A stretch of DNA of 64,000 nucleotides from an uncultured bacterium (GCA_949290395.1 CASERQ010000004.1:12457-76456), one strand, 5' to 3'. Positions 21,298 through 31,175 are shown, counted from the first letter of the stretch. The notes: generated by a model not told the origin, from the sequence alone. Numbers and translations: made by a program.

Positions 21298-22176
21298 ATG
21301 GCATTAGTTAGTGCTACCGAAATGATCAACAAAGCTCATGAAGGTCATTATGCAATTGCTGCTTTTAACATTAATAACCTTGAATGGACAAAATCCATCT
21401 TAGAAGCTGTTGAAGCAACAAAAACACCAGTTATCTTAGAAGTCTCTGAAGGTGCTGCAAAGTATATGTGCGGATATAAGACTGTTGCAACAATGGTCAA
21501 AAATATTCACGATGCATTACATATTACAGTTCCAGTTGCTTTACACCTTGATCATGGATCATATGAAGGAGCTAAAGCTTGTATTGAAGCAGGATTTACT
21601 TCAGTTATGTTTGATGGTTCCCACTATCCATTTGAAGAAAACTTAAAGAAGAGTAAAGAACTCATTGAACTTGCTCATTCAAAAGGAATTTCCATTGAAT
21701 GTGAAGTTGGTGGAATTGGCGGAAGTGAAGACGGCGTCACTTCAGCTGGAGAAAAAGCAGATCCAGAAGAATGTAGAATCATTGCTGAACTTGGTGTTGA
21801 TTTCTTAGCTGCTGGTATTGGAAATATTCATGGTATTTATCCTGCAGATTGGAAAGGTTTAGACTTTGATGTTTTAAAGAGAATTCAAGATGCAACAAAT
21901 GGTAAACCTCTTGTTTTACATGGCGGCACAGGAATTCCTTACGACATGGTTAGAAAAGCAATTACTCTTGGCGTAAGCAAAGTTAACGTCAATACTGAAC
22001 TTCAACTTGTGTTTGCAGACGCAACAAGAAAATACATTGAATCAGGTAAAGACTTAGATAAAGATAAGAAAGGCTTTGATCCAAGAAAGTTATTAAAACC
22101 TGGCTGCGAAGCAATTAAAGAAAAAGTTATTGATATCGTAAAGAACTTTGGTTCATACGGTAAAGCTGCTGAATAA
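21298..22176 (+). CDS. fba: Fructose-bisphosphate aldolase, class II
   Basis: HLDHG metal-binding motif, GGTGIP, 292 aa. ggagg SD. Confidence 0.92.
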   Translation: MALVSATEMINKAHEGHYAIAAFNINNLEWTKSILEAVEATKTPVILEVSEGAAKYMCGYKTVATMVKNIHDALHITVPVALHLDHGSYEGAKACIEAGFTSVMFDGSHYPFEENLKKSKELIELAHSKGISIECEVGGIGGSEDGVTSAGEKADPEECRIIAELGVDFLAAGIGNIHGIYPADWKGLDFDVLKRIQDATNGKPLVLHGGTGIPYDMVRKAITLGVSKVNVNTELQLVFADATRKYIESGKDLDKDKKGFDPRKLLKPGCEAIKEKVIDIVKNFGSYGKAAE

Positions 22177-22183
22177 TTAAATT

Positions 22184-22219
22184 AAATACTCTGCTTGGTT
22201 TAAAGCAGAGTATTTTTTT
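22184..22219 (+). terminator. Rho-independent terminator after fba
   Basis: aaatactctgcttt / aaagcagagtattt stem followed by a T-run. Confidence 0.75.
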
Positions 22220-22244
22220 CTCTAAAAGGAGGAGTTGAATTAAT

Positions 22245-23024
22245 ATGTATCAAAAAGAATTAGGGCTTATGTTAGTTGCTGCAAAAGAAGCAAGTAAAAA
22301 CATTATGAAATATTATAAAGAAGGATTTCATACTGAATATAAAGATGATGATTCTCCTGTTACAGAAGCTGATAAAACAAGCGATGTTTTAATTAGAAAT
22401 ATTTTAAGTAAAGAATTTCCTGGATATGCTTTTTTAACTGAAGAAAGTCGCGATGATAAATCAAGATTAAATAACGACTTTGTATTTATTATTGACCCAC
22501 TTGATGGAACAGAAGATTACGTTCATAAAGATGATGAATTCACAGTAAATATTGCTTTATGTTATAAGCATGAAATAGTTGCTAGTGTTATAGCAGCTCC
22601 TGCTTTTAATGAATATTATTTTGCTGTTCTTAATGAAGGCGCTTATAAAATTGATGCTAATGGGAACAAGACAAAATTACATGTTTCAGATAAAACAAAT
22701 GACTTAACTTGCTTTACAAGTGTCTACCATTTAGCAGAGAAAGAAGTCGAAACAATTAAAAAGCATAGTGATAAAATATGTTATAGTGTCAAAAAAGGTA
22801 GTAGTCTAAAAGGGTGTTACATTGCTGAAGGCAAGGGAGAAATTTCATATAGATTAACCTCTGGAACCAAAGAATGGGACACCGCAGCCTTTGATTTAAT
22901 AGTAAGAGAAGCTGGTGGATTTGTAGTCAAACTTGATGGCACAAGAATGATATATAATAGGGAAGAAGTAAGAAATTTAGAACCTTATATAATTGTAAAT
23001 AAACTTGAAAATATCTTAATTTAA
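22245..23024 (+). CDS. Inositol monophosphatase / 3'(2'),5'-bisphosphate nucleotidase family protein
   Basis: IMPase motifs FLTEESRDD, IIDPLDGTEDY, WDTAA. aaggagg SD. Confidence 0.8.
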   Translation: MYQKELGLMLVAAKEASKNIMKYYKEGFHTEYKDDDSPVTEADKTSDVLIRNILSKEFPGYAFLTEESRDDKSRLNNDFVFIIDPLDGTEDYVHKDDEFTVNIALCYKHEIVASVIAAPAFNEYYFAVLNEGAYKIDANGNKTKLHVSDKTNDLTCFTSVYHLAEKEVETIKKHSDKICYSVKKGSSLKGCYIAEGKGEISYRLTSGTKEWDTAAFDLIVREAGGFVVKLDGTRMIYNREEVRNLEPYIIVNKLENILI

Positions 23025-23337
23025 TAAGGTTTTGCGGTGTTTTTTATCTTTAAATCACACTTATTTAAGAATGGGTAAAACATAAATTGCTCATTCTTTT
23101 TTTCTGTATAGACGCCTATATGTAAACATATAGGAGGTTAAAAACTAAAAATTTTTAACTCTGTAAAACTTTAAAAAATGAAAAAAATTTCATCCTGAAA
23201 TCGAAAAACTTTTGTTAATAATAGATATAGGCTTGCGCTTATGAACAAGAAACTTATTGGTTTAATATCTGCTGCTGTCCTAACCGTTTGTGCTGGGGTT
23301 CTCAAAAAAATAATATTTAGTTAATAATAAGAAATAA

Positions 23338-23364
23338 GAAAAGCGGACAACCGCTTTTTCTTTT
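23338..23364 (+). terminator. Rho-independent terminator (aagcgg acaa ccgctt + T-run)
   Basis: Follows a 27-codon signal-peptide-like mini-ORF (23241..23324). Confidence 0.55.
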
Positions 23365-23438
23365 GCTCTGAGCCAAAAATATCATAAAACTTACATTTTT
23401 TTACAATTTTATATATAAGTTTATGTTATAATACGCAC

Positions 23439-24212
23439 ATGAATGAACTTGAAATAAAAGGCATAAGTAAGAAATTTAAACTATCTAAAAAGCAACAAAA
23501 AACTAATAAAACAAATAATGAATATTTAGTAGCACTTAAAGATTTTTCTTTATCTCTTCATGAAGGAGAAATTTATGGCTTACTTGGTCCTAATGGTGCC
23601 GGTAAAACAACAGCATTAAGAATAATTGCTTCTTTAATAAGTGTTGATGGAGGAGAAATATTCTTAAATAATGAAAACATATATAAAGATATAAGTGCAT
23701 ATCGCAAAATGATTGGTTTTTTAACGAGTGAACTAAAACTTGATGATTTCTTTACGCCTGATTATACCTTTACTTATATTTCTAGATTATATGGATTAAG
23801 TGAAGAAAAGATTAAAGAAAGAAAAGAAGAACTCTTTAATAGATTTGGTATTACTTCTTTTAAAGATGTGAAGATTCATGATTTATCAACAGGTATGAAA
23901 CAAAAAGTTTCTCTTGCTGTTTCTTTATGTAATGATCCTGAAATTATCATCTTTGATGAGCCAACTAATGGACTTGATATTGTTGCTAGTAAAGATGTCG
24001 AAGACTATCTTTTATCATTAAAGAAAGAAAATAAAATTATTCTAATTTCTACTCACATTTTTTCTATCATTGAGAAGCTTTGCGACAGAGTCGCAATCAT
24101 CTTAGATGGTGAATTAAAATTAAGTGGCCATTTAAAAGAAATTACAAAAGAAAAATCTTTAGATGATGTTTTCTTTGAGTTATATGAGGAGCATTCTAAT
24201 GAAAAACATTAA
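23439..24212 (+). CDS. ABC transporter ATP-binding protein (ABC-2 type exporter)
   Basis: GLLGPNGAGKTT, LSTGMKQK, IIFDEPTNGLD. A TATAAT box ends 9 nt before the ATG and there is no SD, so possibly leaderless. Confidence 0.85.
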   Translation: MNELEIKGISKKFKLSKKQQKTNKTNNEYLVALKDFSLSLHEGEIYGLLGPNGAGKTTALRIIASLISVDGGEIFLNNENIYKDISAYRKMIGFLTSELKLDDFFTPDYTFTYISRLYGLSEEKIKERKEELFNRFGITSFKDVKIHDLSTGMKQKVSLAVSLCNDPEIIIFDEPTNGLDIVASKDVEDYLLSLKKENKIILISTHIFSIIEKLCDRVAIILDGELKLSGHLKEITKEKSLDDVFFELYEEHSNEKH

Positions 24213-25422
24213 AACCATCTTTTTAAAAGAAATGAAAAGGTTCTTTACTGAACCTAGAATGCTTGCAGCATTATTTTTACCAGGAATTATTATTTGTCTT
24301 ATCTATAGTTTATTGGGTGGCTTTATGGAATCAAATTTCTCTATAAATTCTGGAGAACCATCAAATTATACATATAACATTGCTTATACTGATAACTTTC
24401 AAAGCGAAGCACAAAATGATATCGAACCATTAATTATCCAAAGTTTTGAAAGTTATGTTTCTTTAGAAGAAACAACAAACACAGTTAATGTAACTTCCTT
24501 AAAAGTAAGTGAAGTAGAAAACATTAAAGAAGAAGTTGTTAAAGGAAACTATGATTTACTTCTTGTTTTTGATGATAAATTTGAAGAAAAGATATTCTTA
24601 AACGAAAACGAAACTAAACCTAATCTTTCCCTTTTTTATAATGGTGCAAACGAAACTTCAACATATGTATATAGCTTATTTTCTTCTTTTATTACAACAA
24701 CTTATACAAATTATACAGTTAACATAAAAGATAATAACTTCGTAGAAGCTAATTTAAGTAATGAAGATTATACTTTTAAAAATATTATGAGTTTTGTTTT
24801 ACCTCTTGTAACAATCTCTTTACTTTTCTCAACTGTAATGTCTGTATGTCCTGAAGCAATAGCTGGAGAAAAAGAAAGAGGAACTCTTGCTTCAATACTT
24901 TTAACTCCTATTAAAAGAAGTGAACTTGCAATTGGTAAAATCCTTGCCTTAATTGTTGTTAGTTTAGCAAGTGGTATTGTGTCTTTCCTTGGACTTATTA
25001 TTTCTCTTCCTAAGTTATATGGAGGAGGAATGACTTTAACTAACCTTTTCTCACTTGGCTCTTTTATCATGCTTTTATTACTTATGATAACTTCTCTTCT
25101 TGTTTTTGTTGCTTTAGGTTTATGCGTTTCTTCATTTTCTAAATCTATTAAAGAAGCAAGTTCTTATCTTACTCCTTTAATGACAATTTTAATGATTGCT
25201 GCAATTGTTCCTTTTAGTGTCGATATGAGTAATATTGGCTTTGCTTTTATTCCACTTTTAAACATTGTTTCATCAATGAATCTATTACTTAAAGAGAGTG
25301 CATTAAATATTTTGTTACCTTATTTTTCAATAACAGTTGTGATAAATATTCTTTTAACAGCGGTTTTAATATTTATAATTACAAAGTTATTTAATAGCGA
25401 AAACATAATGTTTCAACGTTAA
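24199..25422 (+). CDS. ABC-2 family transporter permease
   Basis: N-terminal TM, extracytoplasmic loop of about 150 aa, five C-terminal TMs. Start at MKNIKTIF with gagga SD, overlapping the upstream stop by 14 nt. Confidence 0.75.
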   Translation: MKNIKTIFLKEMKRFFTEPRMLAALFLPGIIICLIYSLLGGFMESNFSINSGEPSNYTYNIAYTDNFQSEAQNDIEPLIIQSFESYVSLEETTNTVNVTSLKVSEVENIKEEVVKGNYDLLLVFDDKFEEKIFLNENETKPNLSLFYNGANETSTYVYSLFSSFITTTYTNYTVNIKDNNFVEANLSNEDYTFKNIMSFVLPLVTISLLFSTVMSVCPEAIAGEKERGTLASILLTPIKRSELAIGKILALIVVSLASGIVSFLGLIISLPKLYGGGMTLTNLFSLGSFIMLLLLMITSLLVFVALGLCVSSFSKSIKEASSYLTPLMTILMIAAIVPFSVDMSNIGFAFIPLLNIVSSMNLLLKESALNILLPYFSITVVINILLTAVLIFIITKLFNSENIMFQR

Positions 25423-25462
25423 ATAAGTTGAGATTTGCAAGGTTTTTAGTTAAAACAATAGT

Positions 25463-25506
25463 AAAACAAAAAGCGAGACAAGTGTGATATGTCTCGCTTT
25501 TTAAAA
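25463..25506. terminator. Bidirectional rho-independent terminator between convergent genes
   Basis: aagcgagaca / tgtctcgctt 10-bp stem flanked by A-run and T-run. Confidence 0.7.
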
Positions 25507-25523
25507 GGTTTAATTAAAAGAAA

Positions 25524-25808
25524 TTAGTTTTGAGATTTGATATTTCTCATTGCTTCTTGGACGGCGGCTTTATCACTAGCAAGTCTAACAGCAATAACTC
25601 CAGGCACCTCTTCCATCAAAATAACTTCGATTCCTTCTTCGATGTCATTATTAATTAATGCGCAACCTTCACAAGCTCCATGAATATTTACATAAACTAT
25701 TCCATCTTCAAAAGAATCAAAAGTAACATCCCCTCCATCTCTTTGAAGGAATGGTCTTATTTTATCTAATGTTTTAATAATAAGTTTTTCTGTTTGTTCG
25801 TTATCCAT
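25524..25808 (-). CDS. NifU C-terminal-domain (Nfu-type) Fe-S cluster assembly protein
   Basis: 94 aa, conserved GACxGC motif (HGACEGCA). YutI-like. Confidence 0.75.
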   Translation of the reverse strand: MDNEQTEKLIIKTLDKIRPFLQRDGGDVTFDSFEDGIVYVNIHGACEGCALINNDIEEGIEVILMEEVPGVIAVRLASDKAAVQEAMRNIKSQN

Positions 25809-25952
25809 AAAATCACCTTAAATATTCTATTCATCTTGCTAGATAAAATAAAGAAAAATACTAAATTAAATTTTTAGAAATTTTCTTAGTATTTATATTA
25901 TTCAAAATTACTTTTTATTTTTTGGAGTTCGGTAAATGTTTATAATTTATTT

Positions 25953-28541
25953 ATGTTTAAAATCGAGAACTTAGGAAAGATATATAAAAGCTCTAAAAAG
26001 ATAGAAACTGTTGCGTTAAAAAATATAAATCTTGTTTTACCTAATAAAGGTTTTGTTATTGTTTTGGGAAAATCAGGAAGTGGGAAATCCACTTTATTAA
26101 ATCTACTTTCAGCGTTAGACAACAAAACAAGTGGAAAAATATATTTTAATAATCTTGATTATGATGCTTTAAGTGCTCAAGAAAAAACAACTTTAACTAA
26201 CAAAGAATTTGGCTTTGCTTTTCAAAGAGATGCTTTAATTAAAGAATTCACAGTTTATGATAATCTCCGACTTGTTTTAAATATTTTAGGCAAAGATATA
26301 AGTTTAGAAGAGTTAAAATCTTATTTAAAAGATTTTGATTTAAGTGAGGATTATTTAAAAAAATATCCTAGTGAACTTTCGGCTGGAGAAAGAGCCCGTG
26401 TTTCTTTATTAAGAGCTTTGATTAAAAAACCTAAAGTTTTGTTTGCTGATGAACCAACAGGAAATGTTGATCATAAAACAGCTCTTCTTGTTTTAAACAT
26501 TTTAGAAAAATATTCTAAAGAAATGCTTGTTATTATGGTTACTCATAATCAAGATGATGCCTATAAATATGCTGATAGATTAATCTTTCTTCAAGATGGA
26601 GTAGTTATTAAAGATTTAACAAAAAGAAAAGAAACAAGAAATGATTTTTATATCGATAAAAATGGTAACTTATATTTACCATACGCAAAAGCATTAAATG
26701 ATACTGAATTGCTCCTTTTAAATAACAAAAAACCAAATGCTAGAATCTATCAAAACAAATACGATTTTTATGAAACAAGTATTAAAGATATTGAACCTCA
26801 AATAATTGAGACAAAAAAGACTAAAACTAAAAATCATTTTAACTACGCTTTAAAATTACTTTTTAAGCGTTCTTTTTTTGTATGCTTGATGAGTTTTATA
26901 GTAGCTTTTTTAATGGTTGTAGGAAATATAGGTTACAATTTGTCGATTTATAGCTCTTCTCAAAGTAGAGAAAACTATAAAGCTATCCTAAACGAAAATC
27001 CAGTATATGCTAATAGAAAAGTAATTGATGATATTAATGATTTAATAACTTCTTTAGAAGAGATTGATGAAGAAACAATTAGTGAAATAGAAAGCAGATA
27101 CGATGGAAACGTTTATAGAATGTATCCTATAACAATGTTTAGTTATGGAACAACATTTAGGAAATCTGGTTATTTTTCTTGTGCTAAAGAGCCTTATATT
27201 TATAATCAAACTAATGGAACGCTTGTTTGTGATGTTGATTATTTAAGAGATTTATTTGGCATAGATGGTGAGCTAAAACTTGCTGCAGGAGAAATAAAAG
27301 AAAACTCAAGTGGCGTTATAATTACTGACTACCTAGCTGACTCTTTAAAGTATTCTTCAAATAATGGAGTATTTTATCCAGCTCCTTATGAGGACTTATT
27401 AAAAGTAAAGTTCCCTTTTAATTTAAAAATTGATGCAATCATTGAAACTAATTATGAAGGAAAGTTTAAAGAAGAACTTGCTACAATTCCTTCAGCCATC
27501 ACAACCTATGTAACTCATGCAATGCTTTATGATAAGTTATTTGATTATTATTCGGTTTTGTTTTCGGTGAATCAAAATTTTATAAATGATTATATAGAAT
27601 CAGCTTTAAATTCTGACCATCGAATATTTGATGCTTACTTTAATAAAAACGCGGTAACAGTAAATGATAAAAAGGCTACTTGTGATTTTACTGATTTAAG
27701 AATAAGTTTTGATGAAGCTTTAAATAAAGGTGAAGTTATTCTTAACTTAGATTTATATAACAAAATTATGGGAAGTGAATTTTATTCTCTTGATGAGCTT
27801 AAAAAAGAAGACTACGAAAATCTAAATGTTAAACTAGACAGCTACACGTCTTATTTTACTGATGCACCTAAAATAACTTTAAATAGTTTAAAGTTAAAAA
27901 CTATGTATCCATTTAATGGTTCGATGAAAATGTTTGTTTCTAAAGAAGATTTTAAAGATATTTTGCTTGCTTCTTATGTACCAGTTAGACTCTATTTTAA
28001 TGGACTAAAATTAAATCCCTCTTTAGCAAGTTTTTTAGAAAAAGAAGGCCTTTCTGAATACTTTTTGATGGATAACGCACTTTTAAATATAGAAGAAGTA
28101 GTTTTGATCTTTTCTGATGTTTTTAAAACTTTAGTGATAGTAATGCTTGTATTATCTTTATTTTTTGTGATTTTAATTGTTACTTTAGTTTTAAGAAAAG
28201 ACAAAGGAAATATAGGAATATTTAGAGCACTAGGTTTACAGATTAAAGACATCAATAAGTTATATATTTTGACTTTTATTGCTGTTTTAATCTTAGGAAT
28301 ATTCTTCTTATTTTTAGGTACATATTTAGGAAATATGCTCTGTAATTCTTTACTAGTAAACGGCTTTGAAATGTATATGGATTATGCAACTTTATATGGC
28401 TTAACTTTCCTAGATTATAATATTGTTTCAACTCTAATTTTAGGAGTCATCCTTGTTGTTTTTGTTTTAGTTTCCTTAATCATTCCTTATTTTGTTATTA
28501 AGAAAAATAAACCTATAGATATACTTAGGAATAATGAATAA
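25953..28541 (+). CDS. Fused ABC ATPase-FtsX permease (MacB-like) with large extracytoplasmic domain
   Basis: GKSGSGKST, LSAGERAR, ADEPTGNVD, then TM, about 400-aa loop, FtsX-type C-terminus. Confidence 0.75.
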   Translation: MFKIENLGKIYKSSKKIETVALKNINLVLPNKGFVIVLGKSGSGKSTLLNLLSALDNKTSGKIYFNNLDYDALSAQEKTTLTNKEFGFAFQRDALIKEFTVYDNLRLVLNILGKDISLEELKSYLKDFDLSEDYLKKYPSELSAGERARVSLLRALIKKPKVLFADEPTGNVDHKTALLVLNILEKYSKEMLVIMVTHNQDDAYKYADRLIFLQDGVVIKDLTKRKETRNDFYIDKNGNLYLPYAKALNDTELLLLNNKKPNARIYQNKYDFYETSIKDIEPQIIETKKTKTKNHFNYALKLLFKRSFFVCLMSFIVAFLMVVGNIGYNLSIYSSSQSRENYKAILNENPVYANRKVIDDINDLITSLEEIDEETISEIESRYDGNVYRMYPITMFSYGTTFRKSGYFSCAKEPYIYNQTNGTLVCDVDYLRDLFGIDGELKLAAGEIKENSSGVIITDYLADSLKYSSNNGVFYPAPYEDLLKVKFPFNLKIDAIIETNYEGKFKEELATIPSAITTYVTHAMLYDKLFDYYSVLFSVNQNFINDYIESALNSDHRIFDAYFNKNAVTVNDKKATCDFTDLRISFDEALNKGEVILNLDLYNKIMGSEFYSLDELKKEDYENLNVKLDSYTSYFTDAPKITLNSLKLKTMYPFNGSMKMFVSKEDFKDILLASYVPVRLYFNGLKLNPSLASFLEKEGLSEYFLMDNALLNIEEVVLIFSDVFKTLVIVMLVLSLFFVILIVTLVLRKDKGNIGIFRALGLQIKDINKLYILTFIAVLILGIFFLFLGTYLGNMLCNSLLVNGFEMYMDYATLYGLTFLDYNIVSTLILGVILVVFVLVSLIIPYFVIKKNKPIDILRNNE

Positions 28542-28593
28542 TTAGTAATCGTTCTTTGAATCTTATAGTATAGTTTTCTTAGATTTTTGCTTT

Positions 28594-29943
28594 TTAAAAA
28601 TACAAGGTTTCTTCTAAAGGCACATTTTCTATAAACATGATGTAGTAGATTGGTAAGTAAATGACTTTCTCTTTTTTGTATACTGTTCTTTCGTTTGACA
28701 AAACATATCCGTGTTTTATTTTATATTCGCTATTTGAAAGAAATTTATTGAGTGCACTATGAACCGTATAATCTTTGCCAGATTTAACTTCGATAGGTAA
28801 AGTGCAGAGATTATTATAGTTATCAATAAGATAGTCTACTTCGCCTTTCAGTCTATTGTCGTAATAATATAATTCATATCCATGAGCTATAAGTTCGCTT
28901 GCTACAACATTTTCATAAACTGAGCCAAGATTAATACTTTTCTTATCATCAAGAACGGCATGAATGTTAGTTCCGTATAAAATGTTAGTGAGTAGACCGA
29001 CATCATTTAAATATAGTTTTAATAGATTTTTAGTTTCCGAACTTTTTAGTGGATAGACTGGATTAGAAATGGCTTTAACTTCTAACGAGATCCCTGCATT
29101 AATGAGATAATCAAATTCATCAGCATAAGCAGAAAATCTTGATCCCTTTTTATCTTCTATATCTTTTACTACAAGACGTTTTTTCTTGTTTTCTAGATTC
29201 GATGGGATTAAATCATATATTCGAGAAATTTTTAATTTATGTTCCTTGTCATACTTTGAAGCGTCGGCTTTATAGTATTCGTGTATTTCACTTTGGAGTT
29301 CTCTAACAAGTTTAATGTTATGTGTAGCAAGATAAGTGTTAACAACGTCAGGAAGCCCGCCGACTAGAAGATATTTCCTGAATAAATCCATTAGCCTGTT
29401 ATGAAGATTTTCGTCGAGGCTTTCAAGATTAATAAATTTATTTCGAATTGTTTCAATTGCGAATTTGTTAAATCCATTAGCTATAAGGAACTCTTCAAAA
29501 TCTAAAGGGTACATACGTATTTTACGAATGCTACCCATTGGAATAGAAGTTGTGTTGGCTAGAGTCACTCCAAGAAGAGAACCGCTAGCGATATATGTAA
29601 ATCTATCTTCATCTTTTAAAAATTTTAATAGTGTAAGTAAATCAGGATATTGTTGGATTTCGTCAATAAAAATTATCGTATCTTTTTTTGAACCAAGTTT
29701 ACTCCCAGCAACAGCACTTAATTCTAAGTAAAAATCCTCGGTAGTTTTAACTTCCGAAAAAAGTTTATCGCCGTTAAAATCTTCTACCATATTGATTTCA
29801 ACAAAGTTAGGAAAAAGTTGTTCGGCAACTCTTCTGACTATAAAAGTTTTACCAACTTGTCTTGCGCCATCGATTATTAGAATTTTTTTGGAATTTAATC
29901 TTAAATGATCTTCTATTGTTTTTTCTATTTTTCTAAATAACAT
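28594..29943 (-). CDS. AAA+ superfamily ATPase of the COG1373/DUF4143 type
   Basis: Walker A GARQVGKT, Walker B IFIDEIQ, C-terminal DUF4143-like region. 449 aa. Confidence 0.65.
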   Translation of the reverse strand: MLFRKIEKTIEDHLRLNSKKILIIDGARQVGKTFIVRRVAEQLFPNFVEINMVEDFNGDKLFSEVKTTEDFYLELSAVAGSKLGSKKDTIIFIDEIQQYPDLLTLLKFLKDEDRFTYIASGSLLGVTLANTTSIPMGSIRKIRMYPLDFEEFLIANGFNKFAIETIRNKFINLESLDENLHNRLMDLFRKYLLVGGLPDVVNTYLATHNIKLVRELQSEIHEYYKADASKYDKEHKLKISRIYDLIPSNLENKKKRLVVKDIEDKKGSRFSAYADEFDYLINAGISLEVKAISNPVYPLKSSETKNLLKLYLNDVGLLTNILYGTNIHAVLDDKKSINLGSVYENVVASELIAHGYELYYYDNRLKGEVDYLIDNYNNLCTLPIEVKSGKDYTVHSALNKFLSNSEYKIKHGYVLSNERTVYKKEKVIYLPIYYIMFIENVPLEETLYF

Positions 29944-29965
29944 TGATAACTCCTAACATGACTTT

Positions 29966-30098
29966 TACACTTTTCAATATAATTTTAGTCATCAAAATTA
30001 CACTTTTCAATAAAAATTCTGGTTTAAAAATACACTTTTCAATAAATTTTCACTATTAAAAAATACACTTTTCAAAATAATTAACATAGTTAATTTGG
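29966..30098. repeat. Four tandem degenerate direct repeats (period 32-33 nt) with conserved core ACACTTTTCAA(T/A)A
   Basis: Core starts at 29967, 30000, 30032 and 30065. Directly upstream of the COG1373 ATPase start (minus strand). Confidence 0.7.
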
Positions 30099-30619
30099 AG
30101 TGGCGACTTTAAATTCAAATTAAAATTTCATAAAATAATGAAGATTTGCAAGTTTAAGATGCAAAAATGAAAGATAATTGTGCAAATGATATATGGCTTT
30201 CCATCAAGAAACGTCAATATGATAAAAGCTGTAAAACCATCTTTATTTCTTGGAAGAATTTAACTAGGCAAATAATGTCTTAATGAAGTTGTTGAAGTCT
30301 TATAAAGAATAGTTCTTTTAAAACAAAAAATATGTAGGTAAAAAATGCTAAAAATATAAAAATAAATCTAAGTTTCGGTCCAATTTCGTCAAAAAGCGGA
30401 GTTTAACGAGTTACATCTCATTTGATTTAAATTGCGTCAATAAAGATAAGTAAATATATTACATTAATAAACAACGAAAAACCTATATTAAAAAGTAAAA
30501 ACTATGCAAATCCTTAGTATTTTTTATTTTTTAAAGAGTGAGATTTGAGAGGAGACTTAATATAGTCCGTTGGTTCGAACCTTTTTAAAGTCGCAATTTT
30601 ACTTCCTGGATCTCAAGGC

Positions 30620-30647
30620 ACAAAAAAAGACGAATTTCTTCGTCTCA
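30620..30647 (-). terminator. Rho-independent terminator of the tRNA operon
   Basis: Minus strand reads agacgaa-gaaa-ttcgtct followed by ttttttt. Confidence 0.7.
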
Positions 30648-30708
30648 CTCTATATTACGATTTGTATCTTGCTCTTAGCTTGATACAGGTTCGGGTTTTT
30701 AAGTTTTG

Positions 30709-30797
30709 TGGTGCCCGGGACCGGAATCGAACCGGTACGGTATTGCTACCACAGGATTTTAAGTCCTGCGCGTCTACCTATTCCGCCACCTGGGCAC
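30709..30797 (-). tRNA. tRNA-Leu (anticodon TAA), class II, CCA encoded
   Basis: Reverse complement gtgcccaggtggcggaataggtagacgcgcaggacttaaaatcctg...ggttcgattccggtcccgggcacca. Long variable arm. Confidence 0.85.
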
Positions 30798-30802
30798 GAT
30801 AG

Positions 30803-30878
30803 TGGTGATCCACTGGAGATTCGAACTCCAGACCCCTTGATTAAAAGTCAAGTGCTCTACCGACTGAGCTAGTGGATC
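30803..30878 (-). tRNA. tRNA-Lys (anticodon TTT), CCA encoded
   Basis: Reverse complement gatccactagctcagtcggtagagcacttgacttttaatcaagg...ttcgaatctccagtggatcacca. Confidence 0.85.
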
Positions 30879-30887
30879 ATATGTTAA

Positions 30888-30963
30888 TGGCTGGGGTGGC
30901 TGGACTCGAACCAGCGAAATGACAGAGTCAAAGTCTGTTGCCTTACCTCTTGGCTACACCCCA
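30888..30963 (-). tRNA. tRNA-Gln (anticodon TTG), CCA encoded
   Basis: Reverse complement tggggtgtagccaagaggtaaggcaacagactttgactctgtc...ggttcgagtccagccaccccagcca. Confidence 0.85.
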
Positions 30964-30971
30964 AGACCTTT

Positions 30972-31055
30972 TGGTGGGAGGGGGCAGATTCGAACTGCCG
31001 AACCCGAAGGAATTGATTTACAGTCAACCGCGTTTAGCCACTTCGCTACCCTCCC
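30972..31055 (-). tRNA. tRNA-Tyr (anticodon GTA), class II, CCA encoded
   Basis: Reverse complement gggagggtagcgaagtggctaaacgcggttgactgtaaatcaa...ttcgaatctgccccctcccacca. Confidence 0.85.
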
Positions 31056-31075
31056 GGCTATATATTTCACGTTAA

Positions 31076-31151
31076 TGGTGGATGTTACAGGGCTTGAACC
31101 TATGACCTCCGCCGTGTAAAGGCGATGCTCTCCCAGCTGAGCTAAACATCC
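31076..31151 (-). tRNA. tRNA-Val (anticodon TAC), CCA encoded
   Basis: Reverse complement ggatgtttagctcagctgggagagcatcgcctttacacggcgg...ggttcaagccctgtaacatccacca. Confidence 0.85.
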
Positions 31152-31175
31152 GTTCTACGACTAACGCGCTTAATA

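Noticed and set aside
29966-30098. Possible CRISPR array (regular direct repeats)
   Set aside because: Repeat unit about 14-21 nt and spacers about 11-18 nt are far too short. Repeats are degenerate. There are only 4 units and no cas genes nearby. Better explained as iterons or a tandem repeat.
30919-31119. 66-aa ORF 30919..31119 (+)
   Set aside because: It is the antisense of the tRNA-Gln/Tyr/Val genes; the locus is a tRNA operon.
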